Source of the DNA: Chrysomallon squamiferum
Taxonomy: Eukaryota > Animalia > Mollusca
Length of the DNA stretch: 64,000 bases
Assembly: GCA_012295275.1 (NCBI GenBank)
Contig: CM022670.1
Location: 29,760,001-29,824,000 of the forward strand
Direction of reading: 5' to 3'
Part shown: positions 30,701 to 43,599 of the stretch, in pieces
Numbering within the stretch: position 1 is the stretch's first letter
Layout of the letters: each line of letters begins with the position of its first letter
The notes under the pieces: model-generated
Told to the model about the DNA's origin: nothing
The model's database searches: none
What the model saw: only the letters and a program-made list of their open reading frames with translations
Position numbers and translations under genes: made by a program

Positions 30701-33700
30701 CATAGATGAATGCATGTATACTGTGTTGTTTAAAAAGTTTATCTATCTAGTACAGTCAGATTAGGTGAACTTTCTTTTGTTAGTGAAATATAGAGAGATG
30801 TATAACCCAATAGAAAACAGGTATATACTTTGAAAAGAACATATGTGATATAAAATCAGAATGAGTGTGTGTGTGTGTGTTTGTGAATGTCTGCATGCAT
30901 GTGAGTGTGAGAATTTGTGTGAATACTGTGTATGTGATGAATGAATGTATGTATGTGTATGTGTCAGTGTATGTTTGTATGTGGGAAAGACAAAAGAAAA
31001 AAGAAAAACTGATAGAAAGTTAATAAATATGTAAGTAATAACAGTTAACTGTTAAAAATATATAATAATAAATTAAGAAGAAACCATTCTACTCACTGTC
31101 ACAAATAACATCTTTTCATTTAAAAAAATGTAACAGATATAAAAATATTCTATTCATGTTTGGTAGCTCCAATAAAAACATATTCACAGCAAACAACAAA
31201 AAACCAGGTTTATTCAGGAAGTGTAAATGTAACCCAATATTATACCAGTAATTAAACACAGCTATTTTAGTAACAGTGTATATCCACTGTTAATGCACTT
31301 ATAATACACATTTTTACATTCATATGGTTGTGTGTGAGTGTCTGTGTGTGATTGAATATAACTATATAAACAAATATTTTATTTACATACACTTCCAACA
31401 AATGTAGAATATAGTTTTGATCTGAAATGAACAAAGAAAGGTATTATTCTCACCAGAGCTGGTAACTGATGAAGTTGAAGAGTATCTCTTGTTGCTAAAA
31501 CTCAGCTGAGAGACAGCCACTTCACTCATGGTGCTGTATAAAACCGTCTGCTAGTTGACAATGTTTCTCAAAACACATTAATGATCTTTACTGCATTTAC
31601 TTTCAATGATAACTTACCACAGTAAAAAAAAAAAAAAAAAAAAAACACAAATACTAATCTTTCAATCTCTGGTTATATATAGTTCACCTGTAAATAATTA
31701 TATTTTTTTAAGTTAGTTATTTCTTATTAATATTTCATCTTTGCAAAAAAATAAATAAATAAATAAAAAATTATAGAACCAATTTTACTCAAAAATTAAA
31801 TGGATTTTATACAAATGAAATTAAAATCAACATTCTTCCCTGTTAAGATGATATTGAATTCCCCTTTGAGCAGTGCTCAGTTGAAAATAACCAGGATCTG
31901 AAATTTCTGTATTATCCAGAAAATAGTTAAAATTCATTCATCCAAAGAGAAAGAAAAAAGAAGGAAAGTAAAGCAATTATCAAATGAAATCCTCCAACCA
32001 TAAATTCACATTACAATATTTGATATATAACAGTCAAAACTAGTTAGATTTATAAGAGTTAACAATGCTTATATTTTAAAATATGTACATTCCAACACAA
32101 TAATGAAATTTAAAATTGTTAGAGACTGGCCACAGAGATTTAACAAGCTGAGCGAACATTAGTATACAGGTGTGAAGAGAAACAGAACTCCAACACAACT
32201 GTTCACTGTTGACACTTCCTTGTTATCAAATATCTGGTTAGTAGTCAATGGTACATCTTCACTGTGTTTTTCAGCAAACCTTTCTTCTTACTAGTATTCT
32301 GTCCATTCTGAATACATATACATACCAATTAATACATGAAAATAAAGAAATCTGTTATATTAATTCTCTCTCTGATCACAAATATATACTGCAGTATCTA
32401 ACTGATATTAAACCTAGAGGAAGGCCAATTTACAACCAGCCTGTAAATACTCTGACCCTGATACGTTATTTTATTGTAAACCATCCAGTTGTAGTATCAA
32501 TATCCACTTTGAGATATACAGTTACACCTGCTATTATCTGTGTATGCTGGCTAGTCACATGTGTTATGACTCCACAAAAATAAAGTATAAATCAAAGATA
32601 GCTGTGAGTTCTACTTATTTATCAATGTGAAACTTTTAAAGTGAAAATATATTTCATACTTTGTGTATGTGTGTTGTTTGTATTTGTGTATGTATGTATG
32701 TATGTATATGTACGTGAATATACATCTCTATATTATGCATGAATGTCTATATGTACACCGAGTTCAAGTATTTTAAAAGGATATGTTTATATGTATTTAT
32801 GTTATGAGTATGTTAATTAATAAGTAGCTATGTGTTATGATTGCAAATATATGAATACATCAGTTGGATGATATATCTATTAACATGACAACTGACATGT
32901 GTATGTATTAGATTAACATACATACACCCATAAATAATTATTAGATTATTACTTCTTTAAGCCTATGTTTTATAAAAATTAGTCAGTATGCTTTCTACTG
33001 GTAATGTCTGTTCATTTCAGAGATAAAGAAATGTTATATTTCACTTGAATATACGAGCTAAATATAAAAATGACAGCATGATGACATACAACACACAGGT
33101 AAATACTGCAATCTTTGTCACAAGAATCCAATTATTTCAACAGACATAATGACAGGAAACAAAAGGTCTATGTTTAATGTTTTTTACTATTACAGTTTAC
33201 CAGATAACCTTAACTTTTAAATCATATTTAATATGGATTCATACTAATATAACTTTTCACTCATTTGTGCACCCATATAAGTAATTGAAACATGCAAAAT
33301 TTTGGGAACACTGTTATTAGTTTTGGAGTTATGGTTGATCAAATACAGGACATGTTGTCCAATTTCTGACACTTGCAAGTCTGTCAAGTTGTTTTGGGCT
33401 ATTTTTTGAATGTTAATGTCTTTAACTATTATAAAGATATTGAACTGAAATTTGCTATGTTACATATTGGTGTTGCACAAGTTGCATTTTCTTGCATGGT
33501 TTTCACATAAATGATTGTCAAAGATAGAACCCCTTCTTTCCAAAAAAGCTGTAGCTGGACTTACCAACTTACCCTGGTTCAACAAGATTATGATTTCAGG
33601 TGCTAAATTCAAATTAATATATGCTTGAAAAGTAGTAAACCAATAGTGTTGACGCTTATATTGCTTTAAAATTTGGTTTTGCTTCTTGCTGAGAAATAGA

Positions 33701-35157
33701 AAAAACATTTATTTGTTTGCAAATGAAAATACCGGCCATTCAGTAGTTCTGTGTGTACTATACTGTTGCAAGAGAAGCAAATAACAAATAATTAGTATGC
33801 AACAAAATGTTCAAAAACATAATTTTCCTATAAAATATATATCATCAGAATCAGCAATAAAAACAGATTAAAATGACTCGAAGATATCTTTGGTAGCTTT
33901 CATATGATAAAAAACATGGAGAACCTATGATTGATTTTGATCATTTGGCAACGTAAACACTGAATATCTTATACATGTTCAAACAAAATATACATATACA
34001 GTGGTACCTCGACGTATGAGTTTTTCAAGTTACAAGTAGTCACCCAGTCGATTTTTTGCTTTGAGTTACAAGCCAAAATTCGAGTTACAAGTGAGTTTCA
34101 GATATACGCTGCCACTAGTTGGCGCAACAAACAACACAACATCTGGCCAGCATCCCACGTCTCTACTTGTTTGCTTCATGTGGTTCCTCACTGTAGAAAC
34201 ATCTCTGTTGTGCTGTGCTCGCACTTTATGCAGTATTTTGCCAAATTTCTTTTTTCTGGCCATGAATCCTGAGTGCAAAGGACAGTGCATAAAAGAAGAA
34301 GCTTGAATTCATAGAAAAACATGAATAAGGTGTGCATGCAGTCCACTTGGCTAGGCAGTACGATTGTAATACTTCTATGATATCAACCAGATTGAAGCTG
34401 AAGGAGTTGATAAAGGATGTAACTCCAGCCAAAGGAGTTAAAATAATTTGTCTGATCTACAAGATAAATACACTTTATAAAACCAGTTTATTTCTGTACA
34501 TTTTCTTTTATTTTGTTTTTATACAATACTTGTCATATATAAATATACATTTTTTTATATTTAAAAACACATTACGAAAAAAAGAAAAAAAAAAAAGGTT
34601 GGAAAGGATTAATGGTATTTCAATTAATTTCAGTTGAGAAAATTGATTTGATCTATGAGCAAACTGAGATACGAGCTCCATCATGGAATGAATTAAACTC
34701 GTAAGTCAAGGTACCACTCTATTATATATCGAAATAAAGTTTTTTATGAGTTCTAGAACTAAAGTTACTTCCCTTCCTTGACTTAGTTTGGTATGAGCTT
34801 TGTGCTTTATGTGAAAGTTAAACTGAAAGTGAGTTACAAACATGTACTGTAAGTCCATACATACTCAGTTAATTGAACAGATTATGTCTATGCTAAACTT
34901 CTGTAATGTCACTGGTTCGTGATTAGTGATTTGGTCTTTACTGACTTTTTCAACACACAGAAAATTAAAAACAAAAATGACTCGGTCAGTAATGACTTTT
35001 ATTAGTCTCATTAATAATCTCTATTAAACAAGGCAAAACTATTTTAGGTGTATAAACACTTACTAGATATTTAAACTTTTACATAATAATAAATAAAAAA
35101 ATGTATATGTAATATGGTGGTTTACATGAATATTACAAAAAACTCATATTCTCGATT

Positions 35158-35205
<48 letters not shown>

Positions 35206-38200
35206 CACACACACACAGGGATCCTTCCACTTGTCGGCAATACAGCAACATCTGCTACCTGTTTATTTAGACTGACTGTCATGCCATTATTTTGCACTTT
35301 TGGAATCAGCAGTTCATGAGTTTTGTCTCTAAACAAAATAGATGTAATCCGAAACAGCAACTGTCATATTTACAAATTACCCCCTCTGGTATTTCAATGG
35401 GATGCAGTCTGATTTTTGTTGCTACTCATGATGCCCGTTTAATCAAGGCTACTGTAGCAGGTTGTGCACGGCTAAATTATTGCACATGAATTTCAATGAT
35501 TGCTACACATTTTTTGACATGCAACTGCATAATAATTATGTTATCCCAGATATACAAATAACTTTTTAAAATATTATCTTCATCCATCAAAAACAGATAT
35601 GCACTCAATCCACACAATATAAAAATAATTATTATCAACAGTGCATCGCAAATTCAAAATAACATTCCTATAAATATTCATTATCAGTGGCAATCTTTTA
35701 CTTTCAGAGCAATAAAAACGATCTAACATTTCACACACACACACACACACACTCAATATATATATACAGTAGGTTACTTTGATTAATAAAATTAACAGAA
35801 CTTTGATTAATAAAATTAATAAAACTGATTGAATGTGGAAAGAACAATGGCTAATAATAAAGAAAAATTACAACTATTGTCTATGTGTGTTCATGTCGAT
35901 ATATACATGTTTATGTATATATATAACAATAAGCATCTGTATGTGAGTGCTCTGTATTTATGAAACATGTACATGTATTGTTTAATTGTATTGGTCTCAT
36001 TATCCAAAATTGTAAGTGATAATAACTTTGCAGATCATAATAATATATAACAGCATAAAAACAACACAAACTTACTTTAATTCATAACAATAATTGCTAC
36101 TTGTGTACAGATCATTTCTTAACTTCAAACCTGCTGTCATATACAGAACATAAAACCATCCAGTTTATACCAGTCTTTCAGTCTATGCTGAAATTGGAAC
36201 TTACATCAAATTAGTAGTTTTTAATGAATTGCAGTTCTATATTGGTTTTGCAGTTAATGCTGAATAAGCAGTTAATACTGTACTAGCAGTTTACGCTGAA
36301 CATGCAGCTACATGTTTTTCTTAACATCTAATATCTTCCAACTGTTACAGGTAACAACAGAGAAGATTAAACATTCAGTAAATATAAACTGTTAAGATTC
36401 CTAAGCAGGAACAAGTCAGCTCTGTGCGTGTGAAATAGAGTTTAGAATACATAAAGAAAATGTTTGACATCCTATAAAAAATTTTAAATCTGTACAATTT
36501 AATTTTAGTTTGATGAAACCATTTCTATTTGTTGGTTTATGTCTTTACACATTCTTGGATAAAGGTGGTTTGTGCCTTTGTACATGCTGTGTGTATGTTT
36601 ATCCTATATATATATATATATATACATATTCTTGATTTATAATACATAAACAAAACAAGTGTATTTATGCATTTGTTTTCGCACATACTTTAAAAATATG
36701 TATTTTTCTGATTTGTACCTGGCTGTTTGATTGTGCACAAATATGTGCATTGTGTGTATCAATGTGTACCTACCAGTAAATGTATTATATGGTGTGTATA
36801 TCTGGTCAGTGTGTCAGTATCTGTGTCTTTATATTATCTGCATGTTAGAGCAACATCTGTGTCTGTGTCCATCTGTATAAATGTTTGTTGTTTTAATGAA
36901 TCAATAGCCACTATAGTTACCAAGGGTTACACAAGTGAAATTAAGGTATTTGTTAGTGTATTCACAACATGAGATTATGATGAACCAGAGGAAGTATCAC
37001 ATTTCATGCATTGTGTCATTCAAGTGTGTATATGTTGTTATAGGTTGATTAAAGCCAGGAACAAAGTACAAACAGAGATCACATAAATCTAAAATGTTGC
37101 CATAAGCTATGAAAATGAAGAGTAATTACAAAATGAATAAACAAGTCATTAACTATATCCATAACATAATACACATATGCATGCATACAAATATATACAT
37201 ATATACATATGTAAATATTAACATGTTTGAATATGCACGTGTCTGTTTTTGTCTGCATGATTTTGACTGTGTATGAAATTAGTACTGTGTACAAAATTGT
37301 TAAACATACATCTGCATGTGTTTTTATCTGACCATTTTATATACACACATACATAGGTTTTATTATCTTTATACATATAATTAGACTGGAATAAAATATT
37401 ACACATATAACAGAAAATATTTTTCAAAACATATTACACACACACACACGCACACAGAGATTCACCTTTATCAATTTTTGTTGAAAATATCTTGAATAAG
37501 GTTTGTAGGTTTGGATGCTTGGGTTCTATCTGTGTGTTGACATATGCACATGTATGTAAGAATTGGAACTGTAATTAGTATTATCATGTAGCTTATTTAT
37601 CATGATCTTTAAATTTTTAATAATCTATTAAACAGTATATATTAGAATAATATGCTAATTTCTGAAAAATATTCAGAATAAGAAAAAGAAAAAAAAGAAA
37701 GATTCTTATTTTTTTAACATAAAATATAGAAAAGAAATAAAGAAATAAAGAATGAAAGAAAGAAAAAACTAAATATATATATAGATGTGTGTGTGTGTTT
37801 GTGCCAGTGTGTGTAACATTTTTGTGATATTTTAAAGATTATAAACAGATTATTAATCAACTCTTATAATTATTAGTTTTCTCCAAAGTTATAACTGCAT
37901 GAATATAGTTATGTATATGCACAGTATGTCTTTATAACATAATATTTTAAGTATGTGATTAAGGATGTATATATATATGCTTATTGTTATTTCTACACAT
38001 ATATGTTTGCTTAACAGAACTTTGAAGAGTGTGGGGTTATATATCATTTAATTAAGTCAGTAAGATTTCCACAAGCAGCACAGAACATTCCACAGATTTT
38101 CTCAAATAATTTTGTTAATTAATTAAGATTTTCCACTGGACAAACTTTGAAAACAACACTTTAGCCACAGTTACTAAAGACACCAAAATAAAGCTGGACA

Positions 38201-41200
38201 TGAAGCAATAACAGACACAATATATAAAAAAAGAAAATAGATAATTAAACAAGCAAAAAAGGGTGAAATATTAGCAGTCAGTGAAAGAGAAAACAACGAC
38301 CTCTACTTACATGTCTTTCCTGTATAATACAAATCACAACACTATATTTACTTGTTACAAGAAGCAATAAAACTTGCAAACAACATAATTACAAACAGGG
38401 ATAAAGTTTTTCAATAATGACTCATCAATCGTGGCCAAATGCCAGCTCTGTGCTAATATAATGGAGTGGTGTCCAGTTTTACACTTATCTCTGCTCAATG
38501 TATGTAACAGAATTTTCTCTTTCTGTTATGTGTGAGAGTCTGTGTGAGCGCTAACAATACGTGTTTGTTTATTACAGAGATTTCTTGACATTCATATGAT
38601 AACCAAGAAAAAAAATTTCATGTACAAAACTTTCTGCATCATATTCAAATCAGTTTTATATAATATTCTTTCTTTTCATTTTCATAATTATATTTATTTA
38701 ATGCATGTAAATATGTTTGGTAATACAAGTGTAACATGATAAAACTACTGTTAACAGTGAAGGGTGTAATGCATTTCAGAACACAATTTTTTTAAAATAG
38801 CACTTATTTTATATTAGAAAAAAGACTGCTATGTCTGCAGTTTTATGGATTCAAATTACAAACAAACGAACAAAATAAAAACTACAAACAAACAAATAAA
38901 CAAACAAATAAATAAATAAATACAATATTAATAATTAAAAATTAAAAATTAAAGAAAAGAAAAATATTTTTAAGGAAAGCAACGTTGTAGGTATTTTTAT
39001 CATAGAGATAAGACTATATTAGGAAATGGATTATTAAAATGACACCAGTTTAATTTATTTATTTCTTATTTTATTATTTATATACCTTTTATTTTTTATA
39101 ATTTTTTTTTTTTTTAAACTAATTGATATATTTTAAAATCATTGACATTTAAACAAACAATAATATTACTATGATTGATTCTTAGCTGTGTCTAATAGTT
39201 GTAAAAAACTATTTTTCATTCAGGATAAAAGAAAATAAGTTGTTAACTAGGAATTTTGACAGAGATGGGTGTGGATATTTTCAGATCACCTCTGTGACAA
39301 AAAATTCAAGCAGATCTGTCATGGACAACTCTGAGTTCACCAGAAATTTCTGCATTAAAGCAGGAATTGGTTTATTTTACTACTATAAATACATCAAATG
39401 AACAAGATTGTGAGTTTGAGAAGGAAAGAAGTGATATAACCAGTATTTGGTTTCAAACACTGACATAAATCACACGATGTAAACACTATTCTGAAAGACT
39501 TCTTTCTTAACTTCAAAGATACTGAAATCAAAGGGCTAATCTAAATAGGTCATTCCAGTTCTGCAATAGTTTTTATTTAGATGGGGCTTCGAGGTTATTT
39601 TTTCTTCTCTTTTAGTTAATGTTTACATAAGTGGATGATAAAGATGGATTTGACTTTGAAAGTCGTGGTAAAGTTTATGAATGCTTCAAATCAAATACTG
39701 TATATCTTGGCTTTTTTCAAAATTTGATAATAAATTTATTCAGTTTTAAGTATTTATATTTGCTGAATAGTGAATTTACATCCTATTTCTCCTATTGTTT
39801 TTAAAACTAATATGTGTTGTTTTATGCATGAATAATTATATGAATATGTAAACAGATAACATACCCTGCATTGAAAAATAATCAGATGGTTGTTATATAA
39901 AATCTATTTCATCATTTTATTATTATTACTATTATTATTTTTTGAAAATACAGTTTAGGATATATATATATACACAATTAACTGTTATTGAAGTGTACAA
40001 ACACAATTAATTATCTAAGAAATTTATTTAATAATATCAAGAACTACCTCAAAATAAAATAGAATTGTATATAAAAATCTAAAGAAAATAATAAATGATG
40101 ATAATGATAAAAATTAAATAAAAACAAAAGAAATAAAAATTAACAATGAACCTGAAACTCACCTGGAACACTGTCACATGCTAAAGAGTACAAACTGGCC
40201 ACTGATATATCTTGGTTGGTGAAAGTCTGGTATTCTGGAGGTGGTGGTACCATGCTCATGCGAAGAACATCAGAAGAATTTGAACTAGCTGCACTTGTCC
40301 ATGAGTTCTGGCTGACATTATCAGTAGTCTCTCCTTTAAGACTGAAAGGATCAAAATCAGACAAAGAGGCTGGTGCCAGAGTTCCACCTACTTGTTGTCT
40401 ACCAGTAGTATGCAAGTCACTCTGACTAGCCTTGTTAAAATCAGCACATTCTGCAGCAAAGTCTGAATATTTAAATGGGTCATCTTGGTAGAAACCATTC
40501 TGAGGTGTTTCTAATTGCTGGAATACTGCAGAAGGTGGACTTTCAAAACTGTATATGCTGTCATTAGGTTGAATATTTCCTGAAGGGTCCCAGGTTTTTA
40601 GTTTACAACTGTTGCCAGTATTTGACCTGGCCCATTTATTTGCTGATGCATCATTAACAGGTCTGGGAGGCACAGGAGGTGCCACATTCTGCAGAACAAT
40701 ATTTGGAAGAGGTGGAGGGGCATGCATAGGAGGTGGCTGCAAGTATGTGATAGATGCATTGGGATCTAGTTTTGCGTATTCACCCCACTGTTCAGTTATG
40801 TTCAGCTTTGCCACAGTATCCCTAGATCTTGGTCCAGGTTCAGCATTTTGTTGTTTGGAAATCTTCAGAATATTACCTGATGATGCCTTATGATCAGCAA
40901 ACACTGAAGGTGTTTGCTTATTTTTTGTAGAAAATGTTAATAAATCTGACTGATCTGCTTTTACTTGTGATGCTTTTGGAACATCAGTGAACCAAACTGG
41001 TTCATACTTGCTTTCACTGTCATCCAGACTTTGACAGGTTCTGGATGCCTCTCTGGATTCAGTCTCTGGATCTGAAGATGTTTCACCCTTTGAAGTTCCT
41101 GGCACAAACACCAAATCTGTGTTTTCTTGTACAGCTGGCAGTTGTGGCACTTTGAAAGGAATTAAAATCTCACTGGAGAAAGTAGACTTCTCTGGCCTGT

Positions 41201-41912
41201 TTCCTATAAATTCTTGTATATCATAGATTGGTTGTTTGTCAGGATTATATTCTCTCATCTGCTTTGGTAAAACTGGGCTTCCTGTATGAACAATGTTGTT
41301 TTGAGAATCCAACATACCTGGCTGAGCACTTGTTCTCTGTATTGCTTCAACTCTCTGTACTGGTATGTTTTTTGAGTTTGTATTATTGCTGTTGTTTTGG
41401 ACAAACTGTTCATGTCCAGTGTTGTTGGATTCTCTGTGGTTTTCATACTCTGCATTCACTATATCTTCCACAATTCTACCAGCTTCATTAGCATCTGGAG
41501 GTATCTTAAATCCACTTTTATGAATTATCTCACTGACACTACTAACAGGAATATTGTCAGACATGCTGTTGATATAAATATCTTCATCTGTCTCTCTTTT
41601 TGAAATGTCATCAATGTCCCTTACAGGGACAGAATCAAGATCTGACTCCAGGTACTGTTTGGCAGGAAAAAATGTATCACGTGTACGTGGTCTAGGTATA
41701 GGTCGGTTTGATGGAATGGTTTCATTTTTATCAATCTGACAACTTTCAGTTTGTGGAGAATTTGATAATTTTGTTCTAATTCTTGGCTTTGGTACAGGTT
41801 TGTTGTCCAAGTTAGCACGCCCCAAAACATCTTTCTTTTCCCTAAATGATGGGGCACTATGTTTGGGTGGTAACTTTGGTGGTGGTGAACTTAGATTACC
41901 ATGGTCTGCCAT
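14..41912 (-). CDS. ARAP: ARAP-family protein (ArfGAP with RhoGAP, ankyrin, RA and 5 PH domains); 3' end lies beyond the left edge
   Basis: 40 phase-consistent exons: 41912-40163, 29000-28897, 28644-28601, 22067-21989, 21547-21485, 21036-20949, 20661-20603, 20038-19994, 19654-19574, 18539-18424, 16176-16092, 15766-15706, 15490-15437, 15103-15018, 14803-14621, 14404-14336, 13296-13254, 13048-13008, 12649-12622, 12286-12255, 11612-11549, 11116-11055, 8362-8289, 7854-7746, 7489-7400, 6963-6907, 6575-6530, 6312-6240, 6021-5949, 5730-5640, 5306-5229, 4896-4768, 4411-4306, 3487-3397, 3045-2965, 2264-2172, 1522-1451, 994-889, 715-585, 133-14. Domain order PH-PH-ArfGAP-ANK-PH-PH-RhoGAP-RA-PH is diagnostic of ARAP. 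Paralog number (1/2/3) not assignable. Confidence 0.93.
2965..5730 (-). CDS. ARAP: ARAP RhoGAP domain exons
   Basis: Spliced translation DVPVIVSRCIEYIHLNGLKDKGIYRES (GIYR arginine finger) ... VANALKRFFRQLEDSLFT ... LPLVNKNTLKKLILHL ... NSMSVENLATCFAPSLM. Confidence 0.95.
11942..12140. repeat. Degenerate 37-bp minisatellite, about 5 copies, in an ARAP intron
   Basis: ATACAATCCAT(C/T)ATGACAG core at about 11947, 11984, 12021, 12058, 12112. Confidence 0.75.
14621..15766 (-). CDS. ARAP: ARAP ArfGAP zinc-finger domain exons
   Basis: Spliced translation NKICADCEEPNPHWASVNLGIVLCKKCAGIHRMFDYRISKIRSLRMD...GNANANNFWE...RKQFIQDKY matches CxxCx16CxxCx4R. Confidence 0.95.
15104..15436 (-). other. Non-canonical GC-AG intron within the ArfGAP motif
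   Basis: Donor GCAG|GCAAGT and acceptor TTGTCCAG|GT; this junction restores CKKCAGIHR. Confidence 0.88.
15955..16085. repeat. Short tandem duplication, 3 copies of TGTAAYAYRGAGAGGYTGGGRTGAG
   Basis: Copies near 15970, 16023 and 16053, abutting the donor of exon 16176-16092. Confidence 0.7.
19733..19775. repeat. (AAT)n microsatellite
   Basis: Direct reading; similar tracts at 149-189, 9055-9120 and 59320-59370. Confidence 0.9.
20750..20795. repeat. (GT)n microsatellite
   Basis: Direct reading; similar CA/GT tracts at 21710-21755, 35165-35216, 18255-18284 and 46327-46352. Confidence 0.9.
23625..26707. repeat. 52-bp tandem satellite array, about 59 copies, in the ARAP intron that splits PH1
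   Basis: Unit GACATA(C/T)TAAACTGA(GTT/CAG)GTAAAAATCA(G/T)TTAACTAGAG(C/A)CTGGAAAGTAAT; unit starts 23625 to 26641 span exactly 58 x 52 bp, followed by a 50-bp unit and a partial unit. Confidence 0.98.
27010..27082. repeat. Compound (TA)n(GATA)n microsatellite
   Basis: Direct reading. Confidence 0.85.
31454..31529 (-). CDS. ARAP: Candidate alternative first coding exon of a short ARAP isoform (MSEVAVSQLSFSNKRYSSTSSVTSS)
   Basis: Acceptor TTTTATACAG|CACCATGA, open frame to phase-1 donor CTG|GTGAGA; out of frame with the upstream long exon (GCA CCA TGA), so it needs its own ATG. Confidence 0.6.
33999..34719 (+). mobile_element. Non-autonomous Tigger/pogo DNA transposon, copy 1
   Basis: TA-flanked TIRs CAGTGGTACCTCGACGTATGAGT ... 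ACTCGTAAGTCAAGGTACCACTC; decayed CENP-B-type HTH peptide LEFIEKHE*GVHAVHLARQYDCNTSMISTRLK. Confidence 0.85.
40163..41912 (-). CDS. ARAP: Large first coding exon of long ARAP isoform (583 codons, proline-rich, probably disordered)
   Basis: Longest ORF in the window; ACAATGG start (MADHGN); donor CCAG|GTGAGT in phase 1 fits exon 29000-28897. Confidence 0.85.
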
Positions 41913-42853
41913 TGTGTATGTATATATGTCAAAATACACTATTATGTATATGTGTAAACTGGATCAAAATATTTGTTGTCATTGCTTAACAAACCAAGGC
42001 ATAAATGAAACCTGGTAAATGAGAAATTAATCTATTCTGAAAAAAAGAAAAGAATAAATAATGTATTCAATAAATATATATTCTCAGTGAGTCGTAAATA
42101 AAAACATTTAAATGTAATTGATTTATAAACAGTATTTAATTTTAAAAAAAGTCGTATGTATTATGAAAAAACAACGAAAGACAAACACTATATCAACAGT
42201 TCTAAAAGATTTGTTATTAATAATTAAATTCTATAAATGTTTTATCACAAAACATCATTGCTTATTGTTATTATGCCAGCTAAATATGTCAAATTTTAAT
42301 AAAGCTTTCTTCACAACTTTAAGTTTAATACTTACACATTTACATATAATATTTCAAAATATTACTGATGCATAATGAATTTGAAATTGTCTGCTCTATT
42401 TAAAATATACTAACTTTATTAACAATAGCTTTATTATTTTAAAATGTCTGGTCATGCAGAAATTTAGGCCAAGCATCAGACAGGAAATGACCGACTGAGT
42501 CATCTGCTAACCATACTTTAAAAATCATTTTTGTATTACTGTACACTGTAACAACAACCTATGGTACATATTTGTCATCGTTAGCTTTTAATTATATCAT
42601 AAATTAAATGTAACGGTGCAACCGTCTGGTCAAAGCTTACTTATAGTTATACACAAATATGACATAGAGCTAATAACGTGACAAAGTAGAATGTTACACA
42701 ATTATTGAATTAACTATAAGCGACGTTTTATCATACTGTACAAACTCGGTAATTATACGGCCATTGTAACGATAACAACAACTTCGGACGTGACTTGAAA
42801 TCTGATAATACCTACTAGCATATCTCAAACGGGTACAAAAATAATTCGGTTAC

Positions 42854-42935
42854 CTGAGATTTATTACATTATCAACAAGATCAAGTAATCAAATTTGCTT
42901 CCTCTTGTTATATTAACTTCCGCGTTTTTGCTGTG
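42854..42935 (-). promoter_or_regulatory. Probable non-coding first exon and promoter of ARAP
   Basis: Donor CAG|GTAACC at 42854/42853, acceptor TTTTTTTCAG at 42037, local CpG enrichment and GGAAG (ETS-like) motifs near 42780-42925. Confidence 0.5.
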
Positions 42936-43599
42936 TACCTGTTGATCCATGCACTGAATATATATGGATTTTTCATTGGTCAGTATTGTTAAGAAACTTT
43001 TTAGATGTTATTAAAATGATTTACAATATCTTTATTTTAATATTTGTTTTTGACTATCAACTTTTTATCAAAAATAACTTATTAATAAATTATATTAATC
43101 TAAAGTAATTTTATAGTGCTAACTCTATATTATAGTGTTCAACAAAAGAAATGGAACACGGCTTCAAGTTCAAGGAATTAGAACAACAACACCCCCCCCC
43201 AAAAAACAACCCCACCAAAACACCCAACATAATAATAATGTAATAACATTTTTTTTTCAATCTTTTTCAAGTATAAGTTAAGGCAATTTTACCTGCTCCT
43301 GCCCATATTTCACCCAAACATTACGCTAATGTGGTATCCAAAATTGAATTTATTGACATTTTGAATATTATTACATGTGTATTTTTGTAATATTAATTAT
43401 TACTAAAAATACATTAAATAGGATCACTTTGTGTTTTATGGTATTGAAAATAATACATTATCTAAATTTGTTTGTTTGTTCATTCGTTTACACAATTTAT
43501 AAATTATTTAGACACTAATAATGTAATATGCTATCAAAGTATGTAATTTAATATTCTACAAATGGACTGCACCTCAGTTGTCAATAAGCTGCATATATA

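Noticed and set aside
41913-41939. ORF-track N-terminus MYFDIYTYT
   Set aside because: It starts at GTG; the first in-frame ATG is at 41912.
40216-42018. Plus-strand ORFs overlapping the large ARAP exon
   Set aside because: Antisense shadows of a GC-richer coding exon with no recognisable domains.
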